DNA of 64,000 nt from an uncultured Solirubrobacterales bacterium. Its GTDB lineage: Bacteria; Actinomycetota; Thermoleophilia; Solirubrobacterales; Solirubrobacteraceae. Each line of letters starts with the position of its first letter. Within the stretch, counting starts at the first letter, position 1. The stretch spans positions 108,087-172,086 of the forward strand of contig CAWHDS010000001.1 in the NCBI GenBank assembly GCA_963828135.1. The letters run 5' to 3'. The position numbers and the translations under genes are program-made. Shown here one piece after another: positions 1 to 9,804 of this stretch. The notes under the pieces were generated by a model. It saw nothing but the letters and a program-made list of their open reading frames with translations, was not told the origin of the DNA and ran no database searches.

Positions 1-123
1 CTGATCAGCCTGCCGGTCGTCGACGCCGACGCCCGTCCGATCGGCGTCGTCTCGGTCGACGACATCCTCGAGCTGACCCTGCCCGAGCAGTGGCGGCGCC
101 GCTACGGGCTCGCCCGCGAGTAG
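1..123 (+). CDS. C-terminal fragment of a CBS-domain protein (5-prime end outside window)
   Basis: Frame 1 reads LISLPVVDADARPIGVVSVDDILELTLPEQWRRRYGLARE, then TAG at 121-123. The PVVD...GVVS..DIL pattern is typical of a CBS pair, and GC3 is high. Confidence 0.4.
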   Translation: MISLPVVDADARPIGVVSVDDILELTLPEQWRRRYGLARE

Positions 124-132
124 ACTTTTGCT

Positions 133-149
133 GCCCGGATCGGGCTTTT
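133..149 (+). terminator. Intrinsic-terminator-like hairpin after the CBS gene
   Basis: GCCCG-gat-CGGGC followed by TTTT, 10 nt after the stop codon. Confidence 0.4.
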
Positions 150-335
150 GACAGGACCTTCACACCGTGGACGACCCCAGCAGATACGAAGACGGCGAAC
201 CCCCGCGAAGTAGCGGTCGCGTGGCGCTGCGCTGCGGCGTCCCCACCTGGAGTCATCACCTGACATCCGGCTGAGGGACCTCCACGGCGCCCGCCCCGCG
301 ACCCACGGTGCGGACCCCGAAAGGAGGTGATCAGG

Positions 336-1964
336 ATGACCGCAACGCCGGAGCGCGAGCGCGCTGTGCTCGACAGCGCCCATGTCGGCGACATCCAGGG
401 CGCCTTCGGGACGATCGGCCAGCACGACACCGGGGTGCGGCGCAGCTGGCGGGCGCGGGCGCTGGCGCTGTTGGCGATCGTCGGCCCGGGGCTGATCGTG
501 ATGGTCGGCGACAACGACGCGGGCGGCGTCGCGACCTACTCGCAGGCCGGCCAGAACTACGGGACGAGCCTGCTGTGGGTGCTGCTCCTGCTGATCCCGG
601 TGCTGATCGTCAACCAGGAGATGGTCGTCCGCCTCGGCGCCGTGACGGGCGTCGGGCACGCGCGCCTGATCAACGAGCGGTTCGGGCGCTTCTGGGGTTG
701 GTTCTCGGTCGGCGACCTGTTCCTTCTGAACTTCCTGACGATCGTCACCGAGTTCATCGGCGTCAGCCTCGCGCTCTCCTACTTCGGGATCTCAGCCTTC
801 GTGTCCGTCCCGATCGCCGCCGTCTTGCTCGTCGCGGTCACCGCCACCGGGAGCTTCCGCCGCTGGGAACGCGTGATGTTCGTGTTCGTGTTCGCCAACC
901 TCCTGGCGATCCCGCTCTTCTTCATGGCACACCCAAGGATCGGCCCGGTCGCACATGACTTCTTCGTCCCCTCGATCGCCGGCGGCGCCAACTCAACGTC
1001 GGTCCTACTGATCATCGCGATCGTCGGCACGACCGTCGCTCCGTGGCAGCTGTTCTTCCAGCAGTCCAACGTGATCGACAAGCGGATCACTCCGCGCTGG
1101 ATCAACTACGAGCGGCTCGACACGTGGATCGGCGCGGTCGTCGTGGTGATCGGCGCCGGCGCTCTGATCGCGGTCTCGGCCTTCGCGTTCAAGGGCACCC
1201 CGCTCTACGGCCACTTCACCAACGCGCTCGGCACGGCGAACGGGCTCAAGCTCCAGCTCGGATCGGTCGGCGGAGCGTTCTTTGCGCTCGTCCTTTTGAA
1301 CGCGTCGCTGATCGGCGCCGCCGCGCTGACGCTCTCCACGAGCTACGCCTTCGGCGACATGTTCGGCACGAAGAGCTCATTGCACCGCAGCTTTTCGGAT
1401 GCCAAGTCCTTCTATCTGATCTTCGCCGGCCTGATCGCGGGCGCCGCCGCGATCGTGCTGATCCCGGGGGCCCCGCTCGGCGTGATCACGACCTCGGTCC
1501 AGGCGCTCGCCGGCGTGCTGCTCCCGAGCGCGACGGTCTTCCTGCTGCTGCTGTGCAACGACCGCGCGGTGCTCGGACCCTGGCGCAACCCGACCTGGCT
1601 GAACGTCCTGGCGGCCGTGATCGTCGCGGTGCTCGTGCTGCTGTCGCTCATCCTGATGGCGACCACGGTCTTTCCCTCGGTCAATGTGACGCAGTTCGCA
1701 GCGATCGGTGGCGGCGCCTTCGCGGTCGCGCTGCTGGCGTCCGGCGCGTGGGCACTTCGCAGCGGCCGCGAGGGCGGCGAGGTGACGGTGATCGACGACG
1801 GCCCGATCGTTCCCAAAGCGCAGTGGACGATGCCGCAACTGACGTTCCTCGAGCCCGCCGTCTGGTCGACCGGGCGCAAGGCCGCGATGCTCGGGCTGCG
1901 CGGCTATCTCGTTGTCTCGGTGGTGCTGCTCGTCGTCAAGGCGGCGCAGCTCGGCGGCGCGTGA
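336..1964 (+). CDS. mntH: Nramp-family divalent metal (Mn/Fe) transporter
   Basis: ORF 327-1964. ATG at 336 is preceded by AAGGAGG (321-327). It carries the GPGLIVMVGDNDAGGVATYSQAGQNYG Nramp signature and many TM helices. Confidence 0.85.
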   Translation: MTATPERERAVLDSAHVGDIQGAFGTIGQHDTGVRRSWRARALALLAIVGPGLIVMVGDNDAGGVATYSQAGQNYGTSLLWVLLLLIPVLIVNQEMVVRLGAVTGVGHARLINERFGRFWGWFSVGDLFLLNFLTIVTEFIGVSLALSYFGISAFVSVPIAAVLLVAVTATGSFRRWERVMFVFVFANLLAIPLFFMAHPRIGPVAHDFFVPSIAGGANSTSVLLIIAIVGTTVAPWQLFFQQSNVIDKRITPRWINYERLDTWIGAVVVVIGAGALIAVSAFAFKGTPLYGHFTNALGTANGLKLQLGSVGGAFFALVLLNASLIGAAALTLSTSYAFGDMFGTKSSLHRSFSDAKSFYLIFAGLIAGAAAIVLIPGAPLGVITTSVQALAGVLLPSATVFLLLLCNDRAVLGPWRNPTWLNVLAAVIVAVLVLLSLILMATTVFPSVNVTQFAAIGGGAFAVALLASGAWALRSGREGGEVTVIDDGPIVPKAQWTMPQLTFLEPAVWSTGRKAAMLGLRGYLVVSVVLLVVKAAQLGGA

Positions 1965-2046
1965 GGCCGTCCGGCCGGGGCGAGCGAGCCCGCGCCTTCG
2001 CCAGTGCCCGCGCCGTCGACCTCGCCCGTGACCTCGCCCGCGTCCT

Positions 2047-3828
2047 CTACACCGTCCTCAGGCCCAGCTCGCGCAGCGTGCGCGCGTCAACCGGCGCCGG
2101 GGCGCCGGTGAGTGGATCGGATCCGCTGGCCGTCTTGGGGAAGGCGATCACGTCGCGGATCGACTCGCGGCCCGCGATCATCGCGACGATCCGGTCGATC
2201 CCGAGGGCGATGCCGCCGTGCGGCGGCGCGCCGTAGCGGAGCGCGTCAAGCAGGAAGCCGAAGCGCTCCTGCGCCTCCTCGTCGGACAGGCCGATCGCCT
2301 CGAACACGCGTTGCTGGATCTCGGGCGTGTGCGTGCGAATCGAGCCGCCGCCCAGCTCGGCGCCGTCGACGACCAGGTCGTAGGCGCGCGAGCGCAGCGT
2401 GCCGGGCTGCGCGAAGTCCAGCTCGGTCGAGCCCTCGGCCGGCGCCGGCGCGGTGAAGGGGTGATGCATGGCGCTCCAGCGCCCCGCGTCCTCGTCGAAC
2501 TCGAACATCGGGAACTGCACGACCCACAACACGTCGTGGCGAGCGTCGTCGATCAGGCCGAAGCGCTCGGCCAGCTCGAGCCGCAGCGCGCCGAGCGCCT
2601 GGGCGGCGACCGCCGGCCGGTCGGCGACGAACAGCAGCAGGTCGCCGTCGGTCGCTCCGAGCCTCGCGTTGACGGCGCCGATCTGGTCTGCGCTGAAGAA
2701 CTTCGCGAGGTTGCCGCGCCAGCCGCCGTCGCCGACGCTGATCGGGGCGACCGCCCTGGCACCGTAGCGCTGGACGAACTCGTTCAGGCCGTCCTGTTCG
2801 GCGCGCGAGAGCTCGCGTGCCCCGGCGTTGAGCGCGCGCACCACTCCCCCGCTTTCGAGCACGCCGGAGAAGACCTTGAACTCGCATCCGCGCACGATCT
2901 CCGAGACATCGCGCAGCTCGAGGCCGAAGCGGGTGTCGGGACGGTCGGAGCCAAACCGACCGACCGCCTCGTCGTAACACATCCGTGGCCACGGCGGTGG
3001 CGCGAGCGCGAACCCGCCGGCCTCGAAGACCGCGCTCATCACCTCCTCGGTGATGCGCAGCACGTCCTCTTCGTTGACGAACGACATCTCGATGTCGAGT
3101 TGCGTGAACTCGAGCTGGCGATCGGCGCGCTGGTCCTCGTCGCGGAAGCAGCGGGCGATCTGGTAGTAGCGCTCGAGACCGCCCATCATCAGCAGCTGCT
3201 TGAAGATCTGTGGCGACTGCGGCAGCGCGTAGAAGGAGCCGCGCTGCAGGCGCGAGGGCACGAGGAAGTCGCGCGCCCCCTCCGGCGTGGCGGCCGTCAG
3301 GATCGGCGTCTCGACCTCGAGGAAGTCGTGGCGCTCCAGCACCTCGCGCATCGTGTGCGTCACCCGGTGGCGCAGGACGATCGCGTCGCGCATCGGCTCG
3401 CGGCGCAGGTCGAGCGCGCGGTGACGCAGCCGCAGCGTCTCGTCCACGCCGACGTCCTCGTCCAGCGGGAAGGGCGGCGTCGGCGAGGTCGCGAGCACAT
3501 CCAACTCGCGGACCGCAAGCTCGATCTCGCCGGTCGCGAGCGACGGGTTGACCGTCCCGGCGCCGCGCAGCACGAGCCCGCCGGCGACGCTCAGCACAGC
3601 CTCGCTGCGCAGGTCGTGAGCGGCGGTGTGGGCGGCCGGTGCGCTGTCGGGATGAAAGACGAGCTGCAACAGGCCCGAGCGGTCGCGCAGGTCGATGAAG
3701 ATCAGCCCGCCGTGGTCGCGGCGGCGATGGACCCAGCCGGCCACGCGAACGTCGCTGCCGGCGTCGGCGGCGCGCAGCTCACCGCACCAGTGATCGCGGT
3801 ACTCGTTTGGCGGCGGTTCGCGCATCAC
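2047..3828 (-). CDS. aspS: Aspartate--tRNA ligase
   Basis: 593 aa with an OB-fold N-terminus (VRVAGWVHRRRDHGGLIFIDLRDRSG) and class II motifs (FRDEDQRADRQLEFTQLD, GGIALGIDR). The start overlaps the hisS stop. Confidence 0.95.
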   Translation of the reverse strand: MMREPPPNEYRDHWCGELRAADAGSDVRVAGWVHRRRDHGGLIFIDLRDRSGLLQLVFHPDSAPAAHTAAHDLRSEAVLSVAGGLVLRGAGTVNPSLATGEIELAVRELDVLATSPTPPFPLDEDVGVDETLRLRHRALDLRREPMRDAIVLRHRVTHTMREVLERHDFLEVETPILTAATPEGARDFLVPSRLQRGSFYALPQSPQIFKQLLMMGGLERYYQIARCFRDEDQRADRQLEFTQLDIEMSFVNEEDVLRITEEVMSAVFEAGGFALAPPPWPRMCYDEAVGRFGSDRPDTRFGLELRDVSEIVRGCEFKVFSGVLESGGVVRALNAGARELSRAEQDGLNEFVQRYGARAVAPISVGDGGWRGNLAKFFSADQIGAVNARLGATDGDLLLFVADRPAVAAQALGALRLELAERFGLIDDARHDVLWVVQFPMFEFDEDAGRWSAMHHPFTAPAPAEGSTELDFAQPGTLRSRAYDLVVDGAELGGGSIRTHTPEIQQRVFEAIGLSDEEAQERFGFLLDALRYGAPPHGGIALGIDRIVAMIAGRESIRDVIAFPKTASGSDPLTGAPAPVDARTLRELGLRTV

Positions 3829-5054
3829 GTGCCCGCCACGCGATCGACGAGGTCACGGCGATCGACCGTCTCCTCGGTGCCGGCCCGCTGATCGCGCAGG
3901 CGCACCGACTCGCCCTCGACGAGCGCGAAGAAGCGCGCGCCGAGACGGTCGGCCTGTTTGAGCTGACCCTTCAGCGACCGTCCGCCAAGCTCCATCTGGG
4001 CCGCCAGCCCCGCCTGGCGCAGCGCCGTCAGCGTCGCGAAGGCATCGGTGCGGCCGGTCTCGAAGGCGACATAGACGTCGACCGGGGACACGGACGCGGG
4101 ATGGTGACCGGAGGCCAGCATGATCCGCTCGATCCCGGCCGCCCAGCCGATGCCCGGCGTCGGCGGCCCGCCGAGCTGCTCGACCAGGCCGTCGTAGCGT
4201 CCTCCCCCCGCCACCCCTGACTGCGCGCCCAGGGCGTCGCTGGTGAACTCGAACAGCGTGCGCGTGTAGTAGTCGAGCCCGCGCACGAGCGTGGGGTCGA
4301 TCTCGTGGGCCACGCCGGCGCGCGCCAAGAGCTCGCGGACCGCCGCGAAGTGCTCGGCATCCTCTCGCTCCAGTCGGTCGAGCAGCCGCGGCGCGCCCGC
4401 CATCACCTCGCGCGTGCCGGGATCGTCGGAGTCGAACGCCCGCAGCGGGTTCTGATCGATGCGTTCGCGCACCGCCGGTGCGAGCCGCTGCGCGTTGGCG
4501 CGCAGATAGGTGCCGAGGTCCTCGGAGTAGGCCGCGCGCGTCGCGGGGCTGCCCAGGCTGGAGATCCGCAGCCGGACCCCGGTGACCCCGAGCCGGGTGA
4601 GGATCGTTGCGAGCAACACGATCGTCTCGGCGTCGACCGCCGGATCCTCGGAGCCCAGCGCCTCGATCCCGAGCTGCCAGAACTGGCGGTAGCGGCCTGC
4701 CTGTGGGCGTTCGGCGCGAAAGAAGCTCGAGAGGTAGTAGAGGCGAACGGGGGCCGGCAGCTTGTGCATGCCGTGCTGCACATAGGCGCGGCAGACCGGT
4801 GCGGTGCCCTCCGGGCGCAGCGTGAGCGAGCGCCCGCTTCCGTCGTCGAAGCTGTACATCTCCTTGCGCACGATGTCGGTCGCTTCGCCGACGCCGCGCG
4901 CGAACAGCTCCGTCGTCTCGAAGCTCGGCGTCTCGATCCTGCCGTAGCCGGCCCGCTCGAGCAATGCGCCGGCCGTGCGCTCGAGCTCGGCGCGCACGCG
5001 CGCCTGCTCGGGCAGGATGTCGAACGTCCCACGCGGGGCTGTGAGCTTGCTCAC
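3825..5054 (-). CDS. hisS: Histidine--tRNA ligase
   Basis: 409 aa with APRGTFDILP, LRPEGTAPVCRAY, FRAERPQAGRYRQFWQ and GGGRYDGL motifs. Confidence 0.95.
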   Translation of the reverse strand: MSKLTAPRGTFDILPEQARVRAELERTAGALLERAGYGRIETPSFETTELFARGVGEATDIVRKEMYSFDDGSGRSLTLRPEGTAPVCRAYVQHGMHKLPAPVRLYYLSSFFRAERPQAGRYRQFWQLGIEALGSEDPAVDAETIVLLATILTRLGVTGVRLRISSLGSPATRAAYSEDLGTYLRANAQRLAPAVRERIDQNPLRAFDSDDPGTREVMAGAPRLLDRLEREDAEHFAAVRELLARAGVAHEIDPTLVRGLDYYTRTLFEFTSDALGAQSGVAGGGRYDGLVEQLGGPPTPGIGWAAGIERIMLASGHHPASVSPVDVYVAFETGRTDAFATLTALRQAGLAAQMELGGRSLKGQLKQADRLGARFFALVEGESVRLRDQRAGTEETVDRRDLVDRVAGT

Positions 5055-5701
5055 CGGGCGGCGAGCTCGGTCAGAAACGGGTTGCTGCGGCGCTCCTCCT
5101 CGAGCGAGGTCTGCGGACCGTGGCCCGGTAGCACGAGCGTCTGTGGCGGGTACGCGTCGAACAGGCTCGCGATCGAGTCAAGCAGCGCCGCCCCGTCTCC
5201 ACCCGGCAGATCCACCCTTCCGACCGAGCCGCGGAAGAGGACGTCGCCGACGGCGAGCGTCTCGTGTTCCGGCAACGCATAGGTCAGATGACCGGGACTG
5301 TGGCCCGGGGTGAAGATGACGTCGATGCCCAGGCCCGCCGGCTCGAGGTGCTCGCCGCCGCCGAGCAGCTCGTCGGCGTCGTAGCTCTCGAATCCGCTCA
5401 GTCCCAACCAGCCGACCGAGCCGTCGATGTCGGCGAGGATCGCGCGCTCGAGCGTTGGGCAGTAGACCGGCGCGCCCGTGGCGCGGGCGAGCGCGGCGAC
5501 GGCGCCGACGTGGTCGACATGCGTGTGCGTGAGGAGGATCGCTTCGACCGTCACGCCCAGCACGCGGACCTGTTCGATCAGCCGCTCGGCCTCGTCTCCC
5601 GGGTCCACCACCACGGCCTCGGCAGCGCCCGCCCGCCGCAGCACGTAGCAGTTCTCGCGGAACGGCCCGACCGTGAGGCTGACGACGTCGAGCGAGCCCA
5701 T
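5051..5701 (-). CDS. MBL-fold metallo-hydrolase (hydroxyacylglutathione hydrolase-like)
   Basis: Internal ATG at 5701 gives MGSLDVV.... It has the THTHVDHVG zinc motif and TPGHSPGH. The longer ORF upstream overlaps the next gene. Confidence 0.8.
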   Translation of the reverse strand: MGSLDVVSLTVGPFRENCYVLRRAGAAEAVVVDPGDEAERLIEQVRVLGVTVEAILLTHTHVDHVGAVAALARATGAPVYCPTLERAILADIDGSVGWLGLSGFESYDADELLGGGEHLEPAGLGIDVIFTPGHSPGHLTYALPEHETLAVGDVLFRGSVGRVDLPGGDGAALLDSIASLFDAYPPQTLVLPGHGPQTSLEEERRSNPFLTELAAR

Positions 5702-6069
5702 CAGCGCGCGGCCTTCCTGCGCTGCTGGCGGCGGTACATGAATTGGTCGGTGTAGTAGATGATCGGCATGTAGAGCGCGAGCACGACCGGAACGATCAGC
5801 AGGTTCTTGGTCGGCGTGGTGTGCTTGAGCAGCAGGGTCGAGACCGCGTACACGACGGCGGCAGCGATCGCCGCGCGCCACAGCGAGCCCTTCCAGGTCG
5901 GCGGCGAGTCGTAGCGGTTCTTGCGCGGCTCGCGGGCGCCGCGTGCGCGGCCACCGGAGCTGCCCTTCTCCGCGGCGCTCGGCTTGCGCCCGGTGCGGCC
6001 GCGCGACTCGATCATCCCGGCTGCGTTGCCGCGGTGCTTGGTCTTTCGGGTGCGGGGGGCGCGGGGCAT
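5701..6069 (-). CDS. Hypothetical small membrane protein with a basic N-terminus and 2 predicted TM helices
   Basis: 122-aa ORF with an Arg/Lys-rich N-terminal half followed by two hydrophobic helices. Its stop overlaps the downstream ATG by 1 nt. Confidence 0.5.
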   Translation of the reverse strand: MPRAPRTRKTKHRGNAAGMIESRGRTGRKPSAAEKGSSGGRARGAREPRKNRYDSPPTWKGSLWRAAIAAAVVYAVSTLLLKHTTPTKNLLIVPVVLALYMPIIYYTDQFMYRRQQRRKAAR

Positions 6070-6079
6070 CTGTCGGCTA

Positions 6080-6967
6080 TCAATCTAGATGGTTCTCGAT
6101 GATCTGGCGGGCGGGGTCGAAGCCGCGGAGCTCGAGCTCCACCGGCAACCCCGCCAGCGCGGCGCGTGGCGTGAGCCCCACGATTTCCGCGGCGGCGATG
6201 TCGGCATGGCGCGAAACCGCGTCCACGATCGCCGCCAGCGGCAGCGCGAGCGGATCCTCCACGTTCATCGAGACCTGCGCGATGCGTCCGCGCGATACCA
6301 GCTCGATCGCGATCGCGCGCAACCCGGGCAGCCCCTCCCGTCCCCCCTCGCGGATGCTCTCCGCGATCTCGCGGGCGGTGCCGAGGTGGGCGGGCGACGC
6401 GAGCTCGAGATTGAACGCCACGAGCGGCGCCCGCGCGCAGACGAGTACCGCGCCCGCGCTCGGATGCAGGCGGCGCGGGCCGTAGTCGGGGGTCAGCTCC
6501 TCGTCGGCGATGCGGGCCGCCAGGTTCGCGATCCCGCCGCGACGGAGCTCGGCACGGGTGCGGCCACCGGCGAGCGCGCCGTAGAGGAAGACCGGCAGGC
6601 ACAGCTCGCCGCCCAGCAGATCCGCCGTGAGCAGGGCCTCCGCGCATGCCGCGCCGCGCTCAGCCTCGCTGACGTGAACGAGCGGCACGACGTCGATCGC
6701 GCCGATGTGCGGATGCTGGCCGCGCGGAGTGCGGAGGTCGATCCGCGCCACCGCCTCCCGCGCCCCGGCCACCAGCCCCTGCGAGAGCGTTCCGGGCGCG
6801 CCGGCGAGCGAGAACACCGCGCGATGGTGGTCGGCGTCCGCGTGGCGGTCGAGCACGCGCGCACCGGTCGCGAAGGCGTCGGCGATCGCGTCGAGCACGT
6901 CGGGATCACGGCCCTCGGAGACGTTCGGCACGGCCAGCAGGACGACCACGACCGAGACGATACGCAC
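6080..6967 (-). CDS. Glutamate formimidoyltransferase (FTCD N-terminal type)
   Basis: AVPNVSEGR motif near the N-terminus, about 295 aa. The true start may be one of the in-frame GTG codons slightly downstream of 6967. Confidence 0.75.
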   Translation of the reverse strand: MRIVSVVVVLLAVPNVSEGRDPDVLDAIADAFATGARVLDRHADADHHRAVFSLAGAPGTLSQGLVAGAREAVARIDLRTPRGQHPHIGAIDVVPLVHVSEAERGAACAEALLTADLLGGELCLPVFLYGALAGGRTRAELRRGGIANLAARIADEELTPDYGPRRLHPSAGAVLVCARAPLVAFNLELASPAHLGTAREIAESIREGGREGLPGLRAIAIELVSRGRIAQVSMNVEDPLALPLAAIVDAVSRHADIAAAEIVGLTPRAALAGLPVELELRGFDPARQIIENHLD

Positions 6968-7040
6968 ACCGCAACCGCGGGCGCCCGGATCGAGCGCTGC
7001 CGCGGTGCGAGGCGCCCCGCTCGGTAGAGTGCCGATCCCC

Positions 7041-7114
7041 GCCGGAGTAGCTCAGTCGGTTAGAGCAGCGGAATCATAATCCGCGTGTCGGGGGTTCGAG
7101 TCCCTCCTCCGGCA
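7041..7114 (+). tRNA. tRNA-Met (anticodon CAT), elongator type; a lysidine-modified tRNA-Ile2 cannot be excluded
   Basis: Cloverleaf read by eye: acceptor GCCGGAG/CTCCGGC, D-arm TAGCTCAGTCGGTTAGAGCA, anticodon loop ATCATAA, T-arm GGGGTTCGAGTCCCT. G1-C72 and the anticodon stem lack initiator features. Confidence 0.85.
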
Positions 7115-7332
7115 TCGAAAATCCCCGCAAAAGGTCCCGTTTGTGCAGCACTCTAAACGCGGAATACCTTCTGCGATGTCGTCTTGCTCGATCGTAGCGC
7201 TCGACCGCGATCTATGGACGGCGACGATCGAGACTCGGCTCGTTGTGCCGTACGCACCTGACAGTTGTTGGCACTTTGTTTGCACTCGCAGCCCGTAGTT
7301 CGCCCGCCGGAGCGACCCCTGGTTGACCGAAC

Positions 7333-7351
7333 CGTACGCTGTACGTACACT
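7333..7351 (+). promoter_or_regulatory. Candidate leaderless promoter and operator of the TA pair
   Basis: TACACT (7346-7351) lies 6 nt before ATG 7358. Palindromes CGTACG (7333-7338) and GTACGTAC (7341-7348) overlap it. Confidence 0.35.
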
Positions 7352-7357
7352 GAATCT

Positions 7358-7609
7358 ATGCGTGCCCAACGCTTGGAACTCCGCCTCACCGACGACGAGC
7401 GTTCTCTCGACGCCGCGGCAGCATCTGCCGTCGGCGAGACCCTCAGCGACTTCTTCCGGCGCGCAGCGCGTGCGCGCGCCGAGGAGGTGCTCGCCGATCA
7501 GCGAGACATCGTTCTCACGGAGGAAGAAGCGACCCGGTTCCTCGACGCGCTCGAGACGCCTGATCCGGACACGGTCGCACGCCTGCGCGAGCTGCGCGAC
7601 CGCGCGTGA
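7358..7609 (+). CDS. DUF1778-family antitoxin (TacA-like, RHH)
   Basis: 83 aa: MRAQRLELRLTDDERSLDAAAASAVGETLSDFFRRAA.... It precedes the GNAT gene and overlaps it by 4 nt (GTGA). Confidence 0.8.
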   Translation: MRAQRLELRLTDDERSLDAAAASAVGETLSDFFRRAARARAEEVLADQRDIVLTEEEATRFLDALETPDPDTVARLRELRDRA

Positions 7610-8118
7610 GCGCGCAGTTCGCAGGCACTCAGCGTTTCGACCCAGTTCGCCACCACGCCGCGGCCTTCGACTGTGGCAACGAGCTGCTCAACCGCTGGCT
7701 CACCCGCTACGCCGGCCAAAGCGATCGCCGCGACGCCGCCCGCACATTCGTGATCGCGGACGCGCATGGCTCCGTGCGCGGCTACTACGCGCTCGTTGCC
7801 GGCCAGCTCCAGCACGAGCGTGCCACCACGGCGGTGCGCAAGGGCCAGTCTCGCCATTTCCCGATTCCTGTCGCCCTGCTGGCCAGGCTCGCGGTTGACG
7901 TCGCGCACCAGGGCCACGGACTAGGAGCAGCCTTGCTCCGCGACGCGCTCTCGCGCGTCCAGGTGGCCTCCGCCGAGGTCGCGGTGCGCGCAGTCGTGGT
8001 GCATGCGATCGACGACCCCGCCGCCGCCTTCTACCAGCGCTTCGGCTTCCGCGCACTCGCCCCCACCCCCCGGACGCTGATGGTCACGCTCAGCGAGCTC
8101 CGCGCCGCGGGCTACTGA
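7606..8118 (+). CDS. GNAT-family acetyltransferase toxin (TacT-like)
   Basis: 170 aa with FDCGNELLNRWL, the acetyl-CoA motif QGHGLGAALL and FYQRFGF. Its pairing with a DUF1778 gene is the classical type II TA arrangement. Confidence 0.8.
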   Translation: MSAQFAGTQRFDPVRHHAAAFDCGNELLNRWLTRYAGQSDRRDAARTFVIADAHGSVRGYYALVAGQLQHERATTAVRKGQSRHFPIPVALLARLAVDVAHQGHGLGAALLRDALSRVQVASAEVAVRAVVVHAIDDPAAAFYQRFGFRALAPTPRTLMVTLSELRAAGY

Positions 8119-8356
8119 CAAGCCCACCGCGAACCCGGGCCCGACCGCAACCGACGGCCACAAACCGCCCCGCACCGCCCCCTCCCCGTGCGGCATGAGA
8201 ACCTCCGGAGAATCTACGGTTCATGTGGCAGACGCAACGCGGGATACCCTCCGCCACGGCGTCACAGTCCCGTGACAATCGTTGCGCGATTGTTCGCACA
8301 TTTGTCTGCATCCCGAGGCAGCAAAATCCTCGGAATAGTCGTTCAGTGCCTTGTTT

Positions 8357-9804
8357 TCAGGTGAGTAGGGGCACGGGGTCGCCGCGGTTGTGGGCGGTGA
8401 TGGCGTCGGCGAGGTAGGTGTGTAGCGGCCGGTGCTGGAGTCGGCAGGTGGTGTGGGCTGAGAGCAGGGCGCGACGCGCTGCTCGCCGGCCGGGGATTGG
8501 CTGCCGAGGCTGAGCTTGCGGTAGATCACGGCGCTTCGGAGCGCGCGTTCGGCGTGGTTGTTGGTCGGCTCGACACCGGGGTGGCGGAGGAATGTCCAGA
8601 GTGCGGGCCAGGCTTTGAGCAGGTTGCGCGCCATGCCGCGGCAGTACTTGAGCGCGGGCTTTTGCCGGCGTAGCGGCGGATGATCGGTTTGAACTCGCGC
8701 TGGAGCTGGCGGACCTGGAGCTGGAGTTCGCGGCGGTCGCGGTTGTGCTGGTAGATTTCCCAGATCCAGAAGATCCGGTCGCACAAGCGCTGGCCGTGCT
8801 CGCCGAACTCTTTCTGGAGCTCATGCCTTCGGCGCGCGCTTTGAAGTCACGCGCGAGGTGAGCCCAACAGATCTGGCGGCGAGCGAGCGGGAGACGGCGA
8901 TAGGCCGACCAGCGGTCTGAGGTCACGATCGCCTTCGTATCAGCGAGCAGCTGTTGGCGGGTCGACTGACGGTCGGTCGCGACGTGCAGGTAGGCGTGAC
9001 GCTGATCGAAGATGCCGCCAGCGCGCGGCGCTCACCAGCGGTCCGCCAGCCGGTCTCGTCCATATGCACCGCCCTGCCGTTTCGCAGCCGGTCCAACAGG
9101 TCATGGCAGGGCTCGCTGAGCGCGTCGGCGGTGCGGGCCAGGATCGCGTCGACCGTGCCGCTGCTGATCCGTGACCCGTACAGCTGCTCGCACAACTCGA
9201 CGACGTCGCGGCGCGAGATCCGGTTGCGCACCGATAGCGTCGCGACCGCTGCCTGCAACCGCGGACCAAATGCGCTGGCTGAGATCTCCTTGGGAAGCTC
9301 TGCTCGCCGCCGGCGCCCGCACCCGGGGCAGCGCACCCGCTGGCAGCGATGCTCGGTCAGCGTGACCGTGATCGCCGGTAGCTCCTCAACCTGATGGCGC
9401 ACCGGCTCACCAACCGCGACGTGCTCGCCCGGGTCGAACTCGTGGCCGCAATCGCAGCGATCGGGCCAATGATCAACGACCACATCGACCGCCCACGCCG
9501 GCAGCAACGGGCGGCCCTTGCCCTCATGCCCCGGCTGGCCACCCTGACGGCGACCCGACGCATCCTTCCCGCGCCTTGGCGGCGAGCCCGGCGGATCGAC
9601 GCTCGGCGGCTGAGAACTGTTGCGCGAGCTGCGGTTCAGCCGCCGCTCGAGCTGCGCGATCCGCTCATCCTGACGAGCAACCCTCGCGGTCAGAACCTCG
9701 ACCTGCGCCTGCAACCGCTCGTTCTGCGCCGACAGCGCCAACAGAACATCGACAACCGCGTCACGGCCCTGCTCGTAGATGGCCTCCGCCTCGGCGCGCT
9801 CCAC
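8357..9804 (-). pseudogene. IS66-family transposase, disrupted by at least four frame changes
   Basis: The N-terminal ORF (8923-9804) has the coiled coil, the CxxC...CxxC zinc finger and HMDETGWR. The continuation is spread over three frames: GIFDQRHAYLHVATDRQ...DRWSAYRRL..CWAHLARDF; HELQKEFGEHGQRLCDRIFWIWEIY; KYCRGMARNLLKAWPALWTFLRHPGVEPTNNHAERALR; LHTYLADAITAHNRGDPVPLLT. Confidence 0.85.

Noticed and set aside
150-335. Possible Mn-responsive (yybP-ykoY-like) riboswitch in the leader of about 185 nt upstream of the Nramp gene.
   Set aside because: Only a GAAGUAGC fragment vaguely recalls the conserved GAGUAG element, and I could not fold the expected four-helix junction by eye. Infernal with the Rfam model would be needed. 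A TTGACA at 148-153 has no convincing -10 partner.
5702-5881. N-terminal extensions of longest-ORF calls. Examples are the MBL hydrolase from 5881, the EamA gene from 31740, the permeases from 35334 and 36848, TrkA-N from 49294, tsaD from 57640 and the amidase from 27617.
   Set aside because: The extensions are Arg/Pro-rich, overlap the upstream gene in another frame, and are replaced by internal starts that sit exactly at ATGA, GTGA or TGATG junctions with the preceding stop codon.
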